A stretch of 64,000 bases of DNA from Planctomycetota bacterium (GCA_965223265.1 OZ244999.1:704001-768000), one strand, 5' to 3'; positions 41,201-51,867 are shown, numbered from the stretch's first letter. Program-made: numbers and translations. Notes: generated by a model from the sequence alone, not told the origin.

Positions 41201-41854
41201 CTACTTCAACCCGTTCGTCTCTTTAAACGTTCGCCAGTTTTGTTTCAGCTCGAGGAACGAGCTGATATCCGGCGCCAGCAGGAAAGGATTCGTCGCTTTT
41301 TCAAGCGCCACGGTCGATGCCGGGCGGCAGCCGTAGTCGTGTCCCGGCCAAACGGTCGTGTCGTCCGGCACTTCCTTGAGCACGCGCTGCAGGCTGTCGT
41401 ACTCTTGCCGTGCTGCGGCTTCCGTTGCTGTACCACCGATTTTGCCGACGAAAATCAAGTCTCCTGTGATGGCAACGCGTTCAGCTGGCAGGTGGAGCAA
41501 GATGTGGTCATCGGCATGGCCTGGAACATGAAGAACGCGCACTCGGAGCGATCCGATGTCGATGATCTCACCGTCGGAGAGTGGCTTCTGAGGCGCACTT
41601 TGAGCTTCCTTCCACGCAGCAAGAGGCGCGCCTGTTAGTTCGCGCGCCGCGTCGTTCCCGTTGATATGATCTGGGTGGCCATGGGTGTTGACGACGCAAG
41701 CGACATCGAGTGACTGCGCTCGGGTGCGCTCGACGACAGCTTCGGGAGCGTACGACGGGTCGATGATCATCGCGACGCCCGCCTCCCGGTCTCCAAGTAC
41801 GTACGCGAAATTCCGATCGCCGCCGGTACGGATCTGCTCGAACACGAAGCGCAT
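41201..41854 (-). CDS. Metallo-beta-lactamase fold hydrolase (glyoxalase II-like)
   Basis: THGHPDH, PGHADD, TGDLIF, PGHDY. Confidence 0.9.
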   Translation of the reverse strand: MRFVFEQIRTGGDRNFAYVLGDREAGVAMIIDPSYAPEAVVERTRAQSLDVACVVNTHGHPDHINGNDAARELTGAPLAAWKEAQSAPQKPLSDGEIIDIGSLRVRVLHVPGHADDHILLHLPAERVAITGDLIFVGKIGGTATEAAARQEYDSLQRVLKEVPDDTTVWPGHDYGCRPASTVALEKATNPFLLAPDISSFLELKQNWRTFKETNGLK

Positions 41855-42120
41855 GTCGTCTCCTCTCATGGGATTGCTGCTGGCGCGTTATAACGCGATG
41901 GGGCACGGTCCTCTCACATGCGACAGACACTCGCGTGATGGAAGCTTGCCGCACTCTGGACGATTGATGTGGACTTGGTCTTGCACGAGGCGACAATGAC
42001 GGATGCTCTTGCCTGCGAAGGCACGCACAGCGACAGGACGACGCGCCGCTCTTCGGCCGCTGGCGCCAATCAAATCATGTGGACAGATCGAACGATCATA
42101 TTGAAAGGAACGACACGGCG

Positions 42121-43125
42121 ATGTCTACCCTCCGCTTTCTCAATGGGATTGTTTTTGTGGGGACGTTTGTTGTGACTTCAATCTGCGCCGCGTCGCAGTT
42201 GCCGGCAGACGAGAAGCCCATTCGACTTGGTATCATTGGGCTCGATACGTCCCATGTGATCCATTTCACCCGCATTCTGAATGATACGGAGTCCGAGGAT
42301 CACGTCGCCGGCGCGCGGGTCGTAGCGGCGTTCAAAGGCGGCAGTCCCGACGTCGAAGCGAGCGCGACACGGGTCGACAAGTTCACGCAGCAGCTAAAGC
42401 AGGAATTCGGTGTTGAGATCGTCCCGGACATCCCGACTCTCTGCAGCAAAGTGGATGGGATCCTTCTCGAGAGCGTCGATGGACGTCCTCATCTCGAACA
42501 ACTCCGACCTGTGATCGCAGCGCGCAAGCCCGTTTTTATCGACAAGCCGCTGGCAGGCAGCTGGGAAGACTGCCAGGCGATTGTGCGACTCGTCAAGGAA
42601 AGTGGCGTCCCGTGCTTTAGTTCGTCGAGCCTGCGCTATTATCCGAGCCTTGTCGCCTTGCAGAATGATGGCGAGATCGGTGACATCTTGGGATGTGAAG
42701 CGTTTTCACCGGCATATAAAGAACCGCACCACCCGGATCTCTATTGGTATGGCGTCCATGGCGTCGAAATCCTCTTCACGCTGATGGGGCCTGGGTGCAA
42801 GCAGGTGTCGCGCGTTGCGACCCCAGATTGCGATGTCGTTGTCGGTGTCTGGGACGACGGTCGCGTTGGGACGTACCGGGGTTTGCGCAAAGGCCGGATG
42901 GCCTACGGCGCTCGTGTCTTCGGGACGAAAGCCATTAAAGGATCGGATGGCTTTTCGGGTAATTATCGACCGCTCGTTCAGGAGATCGTTAAGTTCTTCC
43001 GTACAGGAGTTGCTCCCGTGTCGATGGATGAGACGCTTGAGCTCTTTGCCTTCATGAGCGCTGCGGATGAGAGCCGCCGGCGCAACGGCGCTGTAGTGAA
43101 ATTGTCTGAGTTGATGACACGTTGA
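42121..43125 (+). CDS. Gfo/Idh/MocA-family oxidoreductase with signal peptide
   Basis: IGLDTSH, ESVDGRPH, FIDKPLA, SSSSLRY, WYGVHGVE. Confidence 0.85.
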   Translation: MSTLRFLNGIVFVGTFVVTSICAASQLPADEKPIRLGIIGLDTSHVIHFTRILNDTESEDHVAGARVVAAFKGGSPDVEASATRVDKFTQQLKQEFGVEIVPDIPTLCSKVDGILLESVDGRPHLEQLRPVIAARKPVFIDKPLAGSWEDCQAIVRLVKESGVPCFSSSSLRYYPSLVALQNDGEIGDILGCEAFSPAYKEPHHPDLYWYGVHGVEILFTLMGPGCKQVSRVATPDCDVVVGVWDDGRVGTYRGLRKGRMAYGARVFGTKAIKGSDGFSGNYRPLVQEIVKFFRTGVAPVSMDETLELFAFMSAADESRRRNGAVVKLSELMTR

Positions 43126-43141
43126 TGACGGAGTCGCCGAA

Positions 43142-45337
43142 ATGGAACTACTCATGACTTACCAAACGCGGAGCAAGGCTCTTCACCCGGCAACCTCGCT
43201 GGCGGCCGTGTTGACGCTGACACTTGTGGCGGCGGAGGTTCGTGCCGCCGGTCTGGATTGGACTTTCCCGTCCGGAAGTTGGCAGGTCGAAGGTGGTGCG
43301 CTCGTCGGCGACGGAACCGTTGAAGCTGCAGTTGCCGAGAGTGCGGGGAATTGGCAGTCGTTTGTTCTTAAGTTCGTTGCTCGGTTTCGCAGCGAAGCTC
43401 CGAAAGGGCGTTTCTCCGTCAGCTTCGGCGAGTCATCGCGGGCGCTTGTCAACGTTCACGCGGTGACCTTTGAACCACGCGCGGATGAGCTTCGTGTCGA
43501 GTACGTCGCTACGGGACACGGAGGTAGAACGATGCGCGGTCGGGGACGGTGGGTCCCACTCGCCAAAGAGCAGGACGTGCAAGTTGAGCTGCTCGTCGGT
43601 GGCGGACGTCTGCAGTTGCGTCTTGACGGTGAGCTCGCCGTCAACAGTGCTTTTGCTGCCGATGTGTCACCAAGTGGTCTTGCGCTCAAGGTCTCTAAGG
43701 CGCGAGTTGGGTTTCACGCCTTGGACGTCCAACCGCTCTCAAGGGAGGTGCTCGGTGAGCTTGCCGTCGGCAAGCGCCCGAATCACCGCTTTGTCGTCAT
43801 CGCGCATCGCGGCGCCTCTGCTCAGGCGCCGGAGAACACGCTGGCGGCGCTGCGCCTGGCCGCCGAGAGAGGGGCACAAGCGTGTGAATTCGATGTTCAC
43901 GCCACGCTCGACGGTGAAGTGGTGCTGATGCACGACAAGACTGTCGGCCGCACCACAGACTTCGCACAGGTGTTCAAGTCGGAGAAAGAAGGACACGTCG
44001 ATAAGCTAACTCTTGCTCAGCTTCGCCAGCTCGACGCCGGGCAGTGGAAGGGCAAGGAGTATCGCGGTGAACGCGTTCCCACCCTTGCTGAGGCGCTCGA
44101 GTTTTTGAGGGGCAAGATGACCCCGATCGTCGAGATCAAGCCGGGGGGAATTGGCATCGAGGTCGCCAAGGCGATCAAAGAGGCGAACATGGAAGCGGAA
44201 GTTTTCGTGCAGAGTTTCTCACCGCAAGCCATTCGCGATGTTCGTAGCGAGCTGCCGGGCGTGCCGACAGGGCTTCTCATCGGTGCTGACGATGAGGTCG
44301 ACCCCGTGGCGCGAGCCCGAGGTCACGTCGAGCGCGCGCGAGCCGCAGGTGCCAGTGCGGTCGTCTGCCACTTCTCGAACGTCAGCCCAGAGTATCTTGA
44401 GTCGGTACAGAGACGTGCGATGGCGGTTTGGGTGTATACCGTGGACGACGCCGCGATCGTGGCCATGCTTCGAGACATGGGCATCGATGGCATCATCACG
44501 AATGTCCCACGGCGAACCTTGGACGTCCGGTCGCGCCCGAGTGAGGATTCCGTAGCCGTGACCGGCGGGCTCGGAGTCCCTCCGGACGGCGGCGGTGAGG
44601 ATCCGGTGCTCGCAGAAGTCGACGAAGACATCGATCTGGACGGCACCGATTTGGAGGGAGCCTTTGGAAGCGTCACGATCGACGACGGCGAGGTCGAGGT
44701 CGTCGAGTTGGCTCGATTCTATTCGGAGGCAGTGGACTTGCCTCTCGTCGTCGAGGCCAGCGACGCGGAGTTGACCAGCACGGTAACAGTCGCCGCTGCG
44801 ATTCGCGACGCGGATCCGAGTGTCGTTCAGGAGCTCTTGGCGCAGAACGGGTTTGATCTCGAGGAGCGACGTCTGGCAAGTGGGCTGCAGCTGGTCATGC
44901 TGCGAGGGTCGAGCGCACGCGCGGCCGGGCGGCGTCTCGTGCCCGAGCCGATTGTGTCGGTGGGCACCGCGAGCGGAACTTCACACGAGCGCGAAGGTCC
45001 GTCGGAGGGTCGCTCGGCGCAAGTTGGAACCGCCAGCGAGGCAGGTGAAGGACTCGCCTACGGCGGCTTTCACGTCGTCGAGATTCCACCGATTCTCTTA
45101 GCCCAGACGCGCTTGGAGCGGCGCATGGGGGTGGTTGTGAGGAAGCATAAGGAGCGGGCGTTCGCTCCCGGTTCGCTGGGAGATGTGGTGCGTGACTACG
45201 ACGTCGTCACCCGCGTCGGTCGCCGCTCCATTCGCTCGCCCGCCGACTTTGTGCGCCGGGTGGAGGAGAAGCGCGGAAGCTATCAGATCGAGCTGTTGCG
45301 GAAGGGACGCAGCTACATTCTCGGTGTGCGGCCTTAG
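43142..45337 (+). CDS. Secreted glycerophosphodiester phosphodiesterase with N-terminal beta-sandwich (DUF1080-like) and C-terminal PDZ-like domain
   Basis: IAHRGAS..APENTL, EFDVH, LMHD, VEIK, WVYTVD, DGIITN; C-terminal DYDVVTRVG...IELLRKGR. Confidence 0.8.
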   Translation: MELLMTYQTRSKALHPATSLAAVLTLTLVAAEVRAAGLDWTFPSGSWQVEGGALVGDGTVEAAVAESAGNWQSFVLKFVARFRSEAPKGRFSVSFGESSRALVNVHAVTFEPRADELRVEYVATGHGGRTMRGRGRWVPLAKEQDVQVELLVGGGRLQLRLDGELAVNSAFAADVSPSGLALKVSKARVGFHALDVQPLSREVLGELAVGKRPNHRFVVIAHRGASAQAPENTLAALRLAAERGAQACEFDVHATLDGEVVLMHDKTVGRTTDFAQVFKSEKEGHVDKLTLAQLRQLDAGQWKGKEYRGERVPTLAEALEFLRGKMTPIVEIKPGGIGIEVAKAIKEANMEAEVFVQSFSPQAIRDVRSELPGVPTGLLIGADDEVDPVARARGHVERARAAGASAVVCHFSNVSPEYLESVQRRAMAVWVYTVDDAAIVAMLRDMGIDGIITNVPRRTLDVRSRPSEDSVAVTGGLGVPPDGGGEDPVLAEVDEDIDLDGTDLEGAFGSVTIDDGEVEVVELARFYSEAVDLPLVVEASDAELTSTVTVAAAIRDADPSVVQELLAQNGFDLEERRLASGLQLVMLRGSSARAAGRRLVPEPIVSVGTASGTSHEREGPSEGRSAQVGTASEAGEGLAYGGFHVVEIPPILLAQTRLERRMGVVVRKHKERAFAPGSLGDVVRDYDVVTRVGRRSIRSPADFVRRVEEKRGSYQIELLRKGRSYILGVRP

Positions 45338-45485
45338 GCGACGGAGGTAGCGACAGAGGCGGAGACGGAGACAGAGACGAAAAGCCCGCCGCACACGAGA
45401 ACGCCCACGCCCACGCCCACGCCCACGCCCACGCCCACGCCCACGCAATCGCAATCGCAATCGCAATCGCAATCGTTCACGCCCA
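45338..45485. repeat. Bipartite hexamer array: GAGACG/GAGGCG block, then ACGCCC x7 and ATCGCA block
   Basis: Read directly; begins at the GDPD stop codon. Confidence 0.9.
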
Positions 45486-45557
45486 CTGGCGCAGCCTCAT
45501 CGGAAACGCAAGGGATTGCGCCCGCCGCGAGCGCAGCGGGCGCATGGGCTCGCACGC

Positions 45558-45881
45558 TCAGCGAGTCAGCCCGCGAAGAAGCGCGAGAAGACGATCAAGC
45601 GTCTCAAGAGGCGTCGTGACGTCGTCGCCTCTCAGATCGCCCCAGGCCAGAGCCAGTCGTAGCGCGGTCTCGACCTCGCGCGCACTGCCGCGCGCGACGC
45701 GAAAGAGGTGCTGGCGATCTTTCCCAGCGCGCTCGGCGCCTTCCGAGAGGTTGAGCGCCACCGAAGAAGCAGCGCGCCGAAGCTGCCGATGCAGATCGGG
45801 ATCGAGCCGCCGAAGCCGCGCCAAAGGAATTCGCAAATCGCCAATCAAAGCGAGACTGACATCGAGAGCGATGAAACGCAT
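45558..45881 (-). CDS. Four-helix-bundle protein (23S rRNA IVP / Avd-like), 107 aa
   Basis: DLHRQLRRAASSVALNLSEG, FRVARGSAREV family motifs. Confidence 0.88.
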   Translation of the reverse strand: MRFIALDVSLALIGDLRIPLARLRRLDPDLHRQLRRAASSVALNLSEGAERAGKDRQHLFRVARGSAREVETALRLALAWGDLRGDDVTTPLETLDRLLALLRGLTR

Positions 45882-45960
45882 GTGAAGCCTCCGCAGAAAA
45901 GGTGAGTCGAAAGCCCGCCACGTCCGGGCGGCGGTACTGCACCCCCCAACGCGGAGCGGA

Positions 45961-46015
45961 GGGGCAGTCAAGGGCGCGAAGCGCCGAGCGGAGCGAGGGC
46001 ACCCTTGACTGCCCC
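45961..46015. repeat. Perfect 14-bp inverted repeat upstream of the four-helix-bundle gene
   Basis: GGGGCAGTCAAGGG (45961-45974) / CCCTTGACTGCCCC (46002-46015); TTGACT on both strands. Confidence 0.9.
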
Positions 46016-46065
46016 GAGCACCGCGTACACTCGACAATGACCGCCGCCGTACGGTAACCCCTGCT

Positions 46066-46258
46066 ACAGATTCAGAGACAGAGGCAGCATCAGAAGCAGA
46101 TACCGATCCAGAGACGGAGACGGGCTGCACACGCCCACGCTCACGCAAACGCTCACGCACACGCACACGCACACGCACACGCACACGCACACGCACACGC
46201 AAACGCACACGCCCACGCACACGCACACGCACACGCACACGCACACGCTCACGCAAAC
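46066..46258. repeat. Bipartite hexamer array: GATTCA/GAGACA/GAGGCA block, then about 21 CACACG/CTCACG/CAAACG units
   Basis: Read directly. Confidence 0.9.
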
Positions 46259-46304
46259 AGGCGACTCGGACCCGCGCGAACTTGGCCGCCCGTCTGTTCT
46301 TCAG

Positions 46305-48755
46305 TCACTCCTTCTGAGCGCTGAACTCGGCCAGGATTTCTTTCAACGCGCGCTCCGTGCGCGGAGAGGCCCCGGCCAGCTCTTGCTTGATCGCGTCACG
46401 TGCCATCGGTGTCGCTCGCGCGATGTAGCTCAGCGCGATGGCCGCCGTCTCTCGGACGTTCGGCACTCGGTCTTCGAGTGCTTTGGCCAGCTGTGGGACG
46501 GCGTTGATCGCGTCGATGCCTAAGTGACCCAAACTGTTGGCTGCCGCTTCTCTCACTTCCCACGCCGCGTCACCTGTCACCATTGGGGCGACCGAGTTCA
46601 ACAGTTCGACCGCCATCGCCGGTGCGTCGCCGAGGAGTGATACTGCATGTCGACGCAGTCTTGTCTCCGGTGCTTTGAGAGCGTCACGAAACAGTTGCGC
46701 GGACTGGGGTGCCTTCGATTCTGCCAAGATGAGGCACTCGAGTAGCGTCGAGCGCACTTTGAGCGAGCCGGTGGGAAAAGACGCGGTGAGGACGTTCAGC
46801 GGTTTGTCCGAGCGCTGCAGGAGGCGTGCGATCGCGTTGCGCATGACCAACACCGCTGAGTCTGCCGCGCCATCGATTCGCCGCGATAGTGCCGCCGTCG
46901 CCGCCTCTGCTTCCGCCCCGATCTCGCCAAGCGCCAGGGCGATGTTCTCCTGGACAGTAGCGTCGGTTTCGACTTCTAAGATCTTCAAGAGTGCTGGAAC
47001 GGCAGGCGCCGCGTGTTCGCCGCCATGAGCGAGCGCGAGGGCAGCGCGGTGACGAACAGGGGAATTTCCGGTCGACTCGACAGCTGCGATGAGTTGCTTC
47101 ACGAAGTCGCTTTGGATGCCTTGGTCGCCGTGGATCTTGATTGTCGATCCGAGTGCCTGCGCCGCTACTTTAGCGACTTCGGAATCCTCGTCCGCCAGTC
47201 GCTCGAGCAGCGCGGGTGTTAGCTGCGTCACCGTCAGAGATTCCGCCACAATCAGGCGCTCGGACGCGAATGCCGCGGCGAGCCTCGTCTCCGATGCTGC
47301 ATCGCTGAGAGCGGTCACGAGCGGTGTTGTGTCTCCAGCGATTCCGGCGGCGCTGACCAGTGCGTTTTGAGCTCTCTTTGGTGGAGCCTGCTTCAAGTCT
47401 TTGGTGTAGGACTTGAATGCGTTCGGCGACCTGTGTGCGACGTTCTCGAGTGCGAGTTTCGCTGCCACATGAACGACATCGTCGTCCGGTTCCGACAGCG
47501 TCGCCACGAGAAGGGCGATCGTCTGGTATGCTGGCCCTCGGATGGAACCGAGTGTTTTCGCAGCCTCGGCACGCACCACGGCGTCGTCGTCTTTGAGGCG
47601 GCCGAGAACGGACGCGAACGCGGACGCGGAGCCATCACCGCGGCGGGCGACGCATTCCATCATCGCGCGGCGCACCGCTGGCGAGGGATCGAACACGTGG
47701 GTCAGGAGTTCCGACGAGAGTTTGCCATAGCGACGGCTGAAGACTTCCACTGCCCGCAGCCGAAAGGTCTCGGAGGCGCCTTCGAAACGATCCAGAATCG
47801 CGGATTCCGCCCACTGGCCAACGAGAACCGCAACAACGGTGTCGGCGATTTCAGGGAAGTCGGTGTCGAGAAGTGACACGAGACGGGGGAGGGCCGGATG
47901 TGCGGCGTCGCCCATGGGGTGGAGAGCGCGGGCTGCGGCAGCTCGCACTTTCGGCTCCGGGTCGTCGAGCTGCATCACGAGTCTTGGAGCGGCGGCGTCC
48001 GCGTCCAGACCTAAGACGCCGACAACGCGACACACTTCGACTCGGACTCGGGCCGTCGGGTGATCGAGCCCTTCGAGCAAGACGTCAAGGGACGCTGGAG
48101 CTTCATGGAAGGCAGCGACCAAGATGCGGTGGGGCAAATCGATCGCCCAACGGTCAGTCACGCCGGTGGGTGGGGCGATCGCCTCGTTGCCGGAGGGATC
48201 TGGGGCGCTGAGTTCTCGGTGGAACTTTGGATCGTCAAGACGCTCGACGACGTCGGTCATCAACTGCGGCGACTCGGCCGCAACGGGTGCGACGATTTCG
48301 ACAAGGTCATACACCTCGTCAGCGCTGCGGAAGATCCCACCACGAACGAGCCCCAAGATTCCGTCGCCGCGCTCTGCGGCGACAGCCGCGACAACTCTGA
48401 AGGCTCGAGCTCGCAGCCGCTCTTCGTCCTCGCGCTCGAGCAGCAGGATGCCTCGTTCGACAGAAAAAGGACTGAGACTTGCGAAGTGGCGTGGGCCGAA
48501 CGCCTCAAAAAGCTGCGTCCAAAGCTCTTCGTTCGTCGTCGCGTGAAAGAGTAGCTTGTCGACGGCGCGGCGTGATCCAAGGCTGCCAAGCTGCTCCGCG
48601 GCGTCGATCGTGCGGCCGTCGTCAGTCGATCCGAGCTGGCGCAGGTACCAGGCTTCGAGCAGATATCGGTGGCCAACGACCGCACTGACAACGAGCGCTA
48701 AGAGAGTTGCCGCGACGGTCCAGAGGACGACAGCACGAGTCCGACGCTGCTTCAT
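46305..48755 (-). CDS. Membrane-anchored HEAT-repeat protein
   Basis: N-terminal TM helix; repeated LxDxxxxVRxxAAxALG units. Confidence 0.85.
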   Translation of the reverse strand: MKQRRTRAVVLWTVAATLLALVVSAVVGHRYLLEAWYLRQLGSTDDGRTIDAAEQLGSLGSRRAVDKLLFHATTNEELWTQLFEAFGPRHFASLSPFSVERGILLLEREDEERLRARAFRVVAAVAAERGDGILGLVRGGIFRSADEVYDLVEIVAPVAAESPQLMTDVVERLDDPKFHRELSAPDPSGNEAIAPPTGVTDRWAIDLPHRILVAAFHEAPASLDVLLEGLDHPTARVRVEVCRVVGVLGLDADAAAPRLVMQLDDPEPKVRAAAARALHPMGDAAHPALPRLVSLLDTDFPEIADTVVAVLVGQWAESAILDRFEGASETFRLRAVEVFSRRYGKLSSELLTHVFDPSPAVRRAMMECVARRGDGSASAFASVLGRLKDDDAVVRAEAAKTLGSIRGPAYQTIALLVATLSEPDDDVVHVAAKLALENVAHRSPNAFKSYTKDLKQAPPKRAQNALVSAAGIAGDTTPLVTALSDAASETRLAAAFASERLIVAESLTVTQLTPALLERLADEDSEVAKVAAQALGSTIKIHGDQGIQSDFVKQLIAAVESTGNSPVRHRAALALAHGGEHAAPAVPALLKILEVETDATVQENIALALGEIGAEAEAATAALSRRIDGAADSAVLVMRNAIARLLQRSDKPLNVLTASFPTGSLKVRSTLLECLILAESKAPQSAQLFRDALKAPETRLRRHAVSLLGDAPAMAVELLNSVAPMVTGDAAWEVREAAANSLGHLGIDAINAVPQLAKALEDRVPNVRETAAIALSYIARATPMARDAIKQELAGASPRTERALKEILAEFSAQKE

Positions 48756-48852
48756 AGAATCCCTCGTGGGGCGGAGGTTCCAACCGAAGCTCGACGAATT
48801 CAGTATAACTTGAATACGGTGCTGTCGCTCTCTGTGCCTTCGCGGCGGAGAG

Positions 48853-50523
48853 TCAGGCTTCCACCGGACCCTCGGTTCCGCCCGTGAATTTCTCATCCTC
48901 GGCGGCGTGTCCGACCAACACTTCGGCCTTGTAACCGCCGCGCGCCTTGAAGTAGAGGATGAGAAGCAAATACCCAATGAACATGATGACCGGGAAGATC
49001 GCCATATTTGCTAGGGCGCCTTGATTGCTCTTGTTACGTGCGGCGGCGATTTCGGCGTTTACGGTGTTGGCCTCGGCTTCAGGGAGCGCCTTCACCGCGT
49101 CGGCGAGTTTGTCGTCTGAAATTGCGTCGTAGGCGATGATTTCGTAGATATCCCGACTCTCAAGAGTGGTCAATTTGCCCTCTTGGATGAGACCAGGAAC
49201 CTTCTGCGCGGCCTCTGACTCAACAACCGCATCGATCTGTTTCTGAGCTTGAAGCGACCCGATGTAAGGAAACCCAAGCGTACCAACCGCTAGCATTCCG
49301 ATGCCGCTGATCGCATTGAGAGTCAGGGCACCACCCTTAGGTGTTTGCTCAGAGACCACGCCGAGCATGGTCGGCCAGAAGAACGTCTTGCCGACACCAT
49401 ACAGAGTTGCCGCGGCGAAGATCATCGCAAACCCCGCCGCTGTCGACAAGGTGACCAATCCGACGATTGCCAGAATCGTGCTGATCGCCAATAGGCCGAG
49501 TGGCGAAAGTGAGTGCACGATGGGCCCGGCGAAGAAACGCAGCACCATCATGATCGCCGACGTGTAGACGAGGACCCATCCAGGATGCCAATCCGATAGC
49601 ACGCCTTCCATGATAGCGGTGATCCAACCGTCAGTACCGATTTCGGTGGTCGCGAGCGGCATCATGATCAGCACGAGGACGAACATGAGTCCACGCCCGA
49701 GCGCGCGCGTGTAAAGCCCGAAACCAACGACGATGGCGACTCCAATCGCGATGAAAACGCCTTTCTGCGCTCCCGAAAGCTCGCCCCCGCCGGAGAAGAA
49801 ATCCATGAGCTGCAGTGTCACCAGGAAGCCGACGATGGCTGCGCCAAGGATTCCAAACTCGGAAAGCATTTCGCGATAGCTGACGCCCGAGGCAACGCGT
49901 TCCTGCACTGGGAATCTGAGTGGAATCAGCATTAGGAAGTAGATCACCGCAGGAATTGCGATGATTCCCACTTTGATCCACCAATCAGTGATTTCTAACT
50001 TGTCCAAAGAGATCGTTAAGATTCCGGCGAAAACCAACCCTCCGGGCCAACCAGCATGAAGAATGTTGAGCCACTTGGTCTTTTCACGATGGAACATCGT
50101 AGCGACCACCGGGTTGATGAACGCTTCGACCGTTCCATTGCCGAGGCCGAGAATTAAGCTGCCCCAGTAAAGAAGGTTGTAAGCGAGGTCGACGTTCTGG
50201 GTTTCCCCATGCGAGACGAAGTAGGCGCTGACTCCCATCACCGCCCAGATCGTATGGCCGAGAAAGGCCATGATCATCGCGACCTTGTAGCCGATCCGAT
50301 CGATGAAGAGGCTGAAGCCGATGATGCTGACCGCGAACGGCCAGATGCCAATTCCGGCCAGGCGTCCCGCTTGTGCCGGATCGAGGTCAAACTCCTCGGC
50401 CCACGTATTGATGAGAAACATGCGGGCGATGAAGCCGAACGCGGTGGTGATGAGGGCTAAGAAACAGCCCCAGAAAAGAAGCTGGTCGTGGGAGGTCAGG
50501 CGGTCGTTGCTCGCCTCGTTCAT
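48853..50523 (-). CDS. MFS transporter
   Basis: About 12-14 TM helices; [31 protein letters not shown]. Confidence 0.85.
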   Translation of the reverse strand: MNEASNDRLTSHDQLLFWGCFLALITTAFGFIARMFLINTWAEEFDLDPAQAGRLAGIGIWPFAVSIIGFSLFIDRIGYKVAMIMAFLGHTIWAVMGVSAYFVSHGETQNVDLAYNLLYWGSLILGLGNGTVEAFINPVVATMFHREKTKWLNILHAGWPGGLVFAGILTISLDKLEITDWWIKVGIIAIPAVIYFLMLIPLRFPVQERVASGVSYREMLSEFGILGAAIVGFLVTLQLMDFFSGGGELSGAQKGVFIAIGVAIVVGFGLYTRALGRGLMFVLVLIMMPLATTEIGTDGWITAIMEGVLSDWHPGWVLVYTSAIMMVLRFFAGPIVHSLSPLGLLAISTILAIVGLVTLSTAAGFAMIFAAATLYGVGKTFFWPTMLGVVSEQTPKGGALTLNAISGIGMLAVGTLGFPYIGSLQAQKQIDAVVESEAAQKVPGLIQEGKLTTLESRDIYEIIAYDAISDDKLADAVKALPEAEANTVNAEIAAARNKSNQGALANMAIFPVIMFIGYLLLILYFKARGGYKAEVLVGHAAEDEKFTGGTEGPVEA

Positions 50524-50721
50524 TGTGCGTACTCCAACAGATCCGGAGATTTTACAGGGAGACCCGTGGCGCCCAGTGTCGCCCCGCGACGACACCACGC
50601 CTGCCTTTCACAACACTTCTTTTCAGGAAGGCTGCGAGGCTACTCTGGAGCCGAATTCATGTCAAGGCACGCAGAGCCTCTCGAGGTCGATGGCCGCGCC
50701 CCCAAGGCTTGAAGAGGTCTT

Positions 50722-51867
50722 TCACTGCTTCCGATAACCGCCCGAACCTCGGCTTCGCGCCTCTCCGGACTCGTCCAGGCGTGCCTGGCGGCGGTTTTCT
50801 TCCGTGCGGCGGCGGAGTCGCTCGAGCGGGCGCTCCAGGCTCGCCGGAAGCTGCGCTTCGAATCGCATTCGCTGGCCACCGTCGGGGTGGGGGAGCTCAA
50901 GACATGCGGCGTGGAGCGCGATGTGCTCGAAGCCGTAGGACTCACGAAAACGACGGTTGGTCTCCCTCTTGCCGTAGTCTCCGTCGCCGACGAGCGGATG
51001 TCCCAGCGACGCCATGTGCGCGCGGATCTGGTGCGTGCGGCCGCTCTCAGTGCGTACATCGAGGAGGGTTGCGCTCCATAGCCATTCGCGCACTTCGAAA
51101 TGCGTCAGCGCGGCCTGCATCTTGCCAGCGAGCTGGCGGCGCTGCGACTTGCCCTTGATGGCGACGAAACGGTAGACGCCGCTTGGAAGGCGTTCCTGGT
51201 GGATCGGGTACTCGATGCGACCCCCTGACTTGCGCAGCCGGCCGGCGACGAGAGCCGTGTAGGTCTTCTTCGCGAGGTGAGACCTGAACACCGCCTCGAG
51301 CGCTGTAGCCGCCGCACGCGTCTTGGCGACAACGATGACGCCGCTCGTGCCGCGGTCGAGACGGTGTGCGAAACCAGGCTCGTAGGGCGAGTCGGGACTG
51401 AACGCCTCTGGCAAGTGCGCCTTGACTAGATCGAGAAGCGTGTCGCCGCCGTGGTGCTTTGGTCCCGGGTGAACGACGAGCCCGACCGGTTTGTTCAGCA
51501 CCAGGAGCGCGTCATCTTCGAAGATGACGCGAAAGTTCTTGCGAAAGTGACCGCTCTCTCGCCGACGCGCAGCACGTCGCGCCGGCTCGTCGCTCGGGAG
51601 CGTGTAGCCGCTCAGATCGTCGCGGATCTCCACCCTCTGGCCGCCGCGGAGGCGGTCGCTGGCTTCAGCGCGGCGACGGTCGACGGTGATGCGTTTCTTA
51701 CGCAGCAGCTTGAACACCACGCCGATCGGCAGCTTCGCAAAGCGTTTCTTAACGAAACGATCGAGCCGCGAGCCGTCGTCGTCGTCGCCGATGTGAAAGA
51801 CGAGAGGCAGCCGCGGTCTCGCCGTCGCCTCACGTGGTGGTGATGAGGGGGTGTCTTCTGAGGGCAT
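50722..51867 (-). CDS. RluA-family pseudouridine synthase with S4 domain (RluC-like)
   Basis: RLDRF, LNKPVGLVVH, HRLDRGTSG, GRTHQIRAH, GDGDYG, LHA. Confidence 0.93.
   Translation of the reverse strand: MPSEDTPSSPPREATARPRLPLVFHIGDDDDGSRLDRFVKKRFAKLPIGVVFKLLRKKRITVDRRRAEASDRLRGGQRVEIRDDLSGYTLPSDEPARRAARRRESGHFRKNFRVIFEDDALLVLNKPVGLVVHPGPKHHGGDTLLDLVKAHLPEAFSPDSPYEPGFAHRLDRGTSGVIVVAKTRAAATALEAVFRSHLAKKTYTALVAGRLRKSGGRIEYPIHQERLPSGVYRFVAIKGKSQRRQLAGKMQAALTHFEVREWLWSATLLDVRTESGRTHQIRAHMASLGHPLVGDGDYGKRETNRRFRESYGFEHIALHAACLELPHPDGGQRMRFEAQLPASLERPLERLRRRTEENRRQARLDESGEARSRGSGGYRKQ

Noticed and set aside
45558-45881. Diversity-generating retroelement
   Set aside because: Avd-like fold only; no reverse transcriptase or TR/VR pair was seen in the window.
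45882-46256. N-terminal RVRVRV extension of the 232-aa ORF and the VCVCVC ORF
   Set aside because: Artefacts of stop-free hexamer arrays; family similarity starts at ATG 45881.
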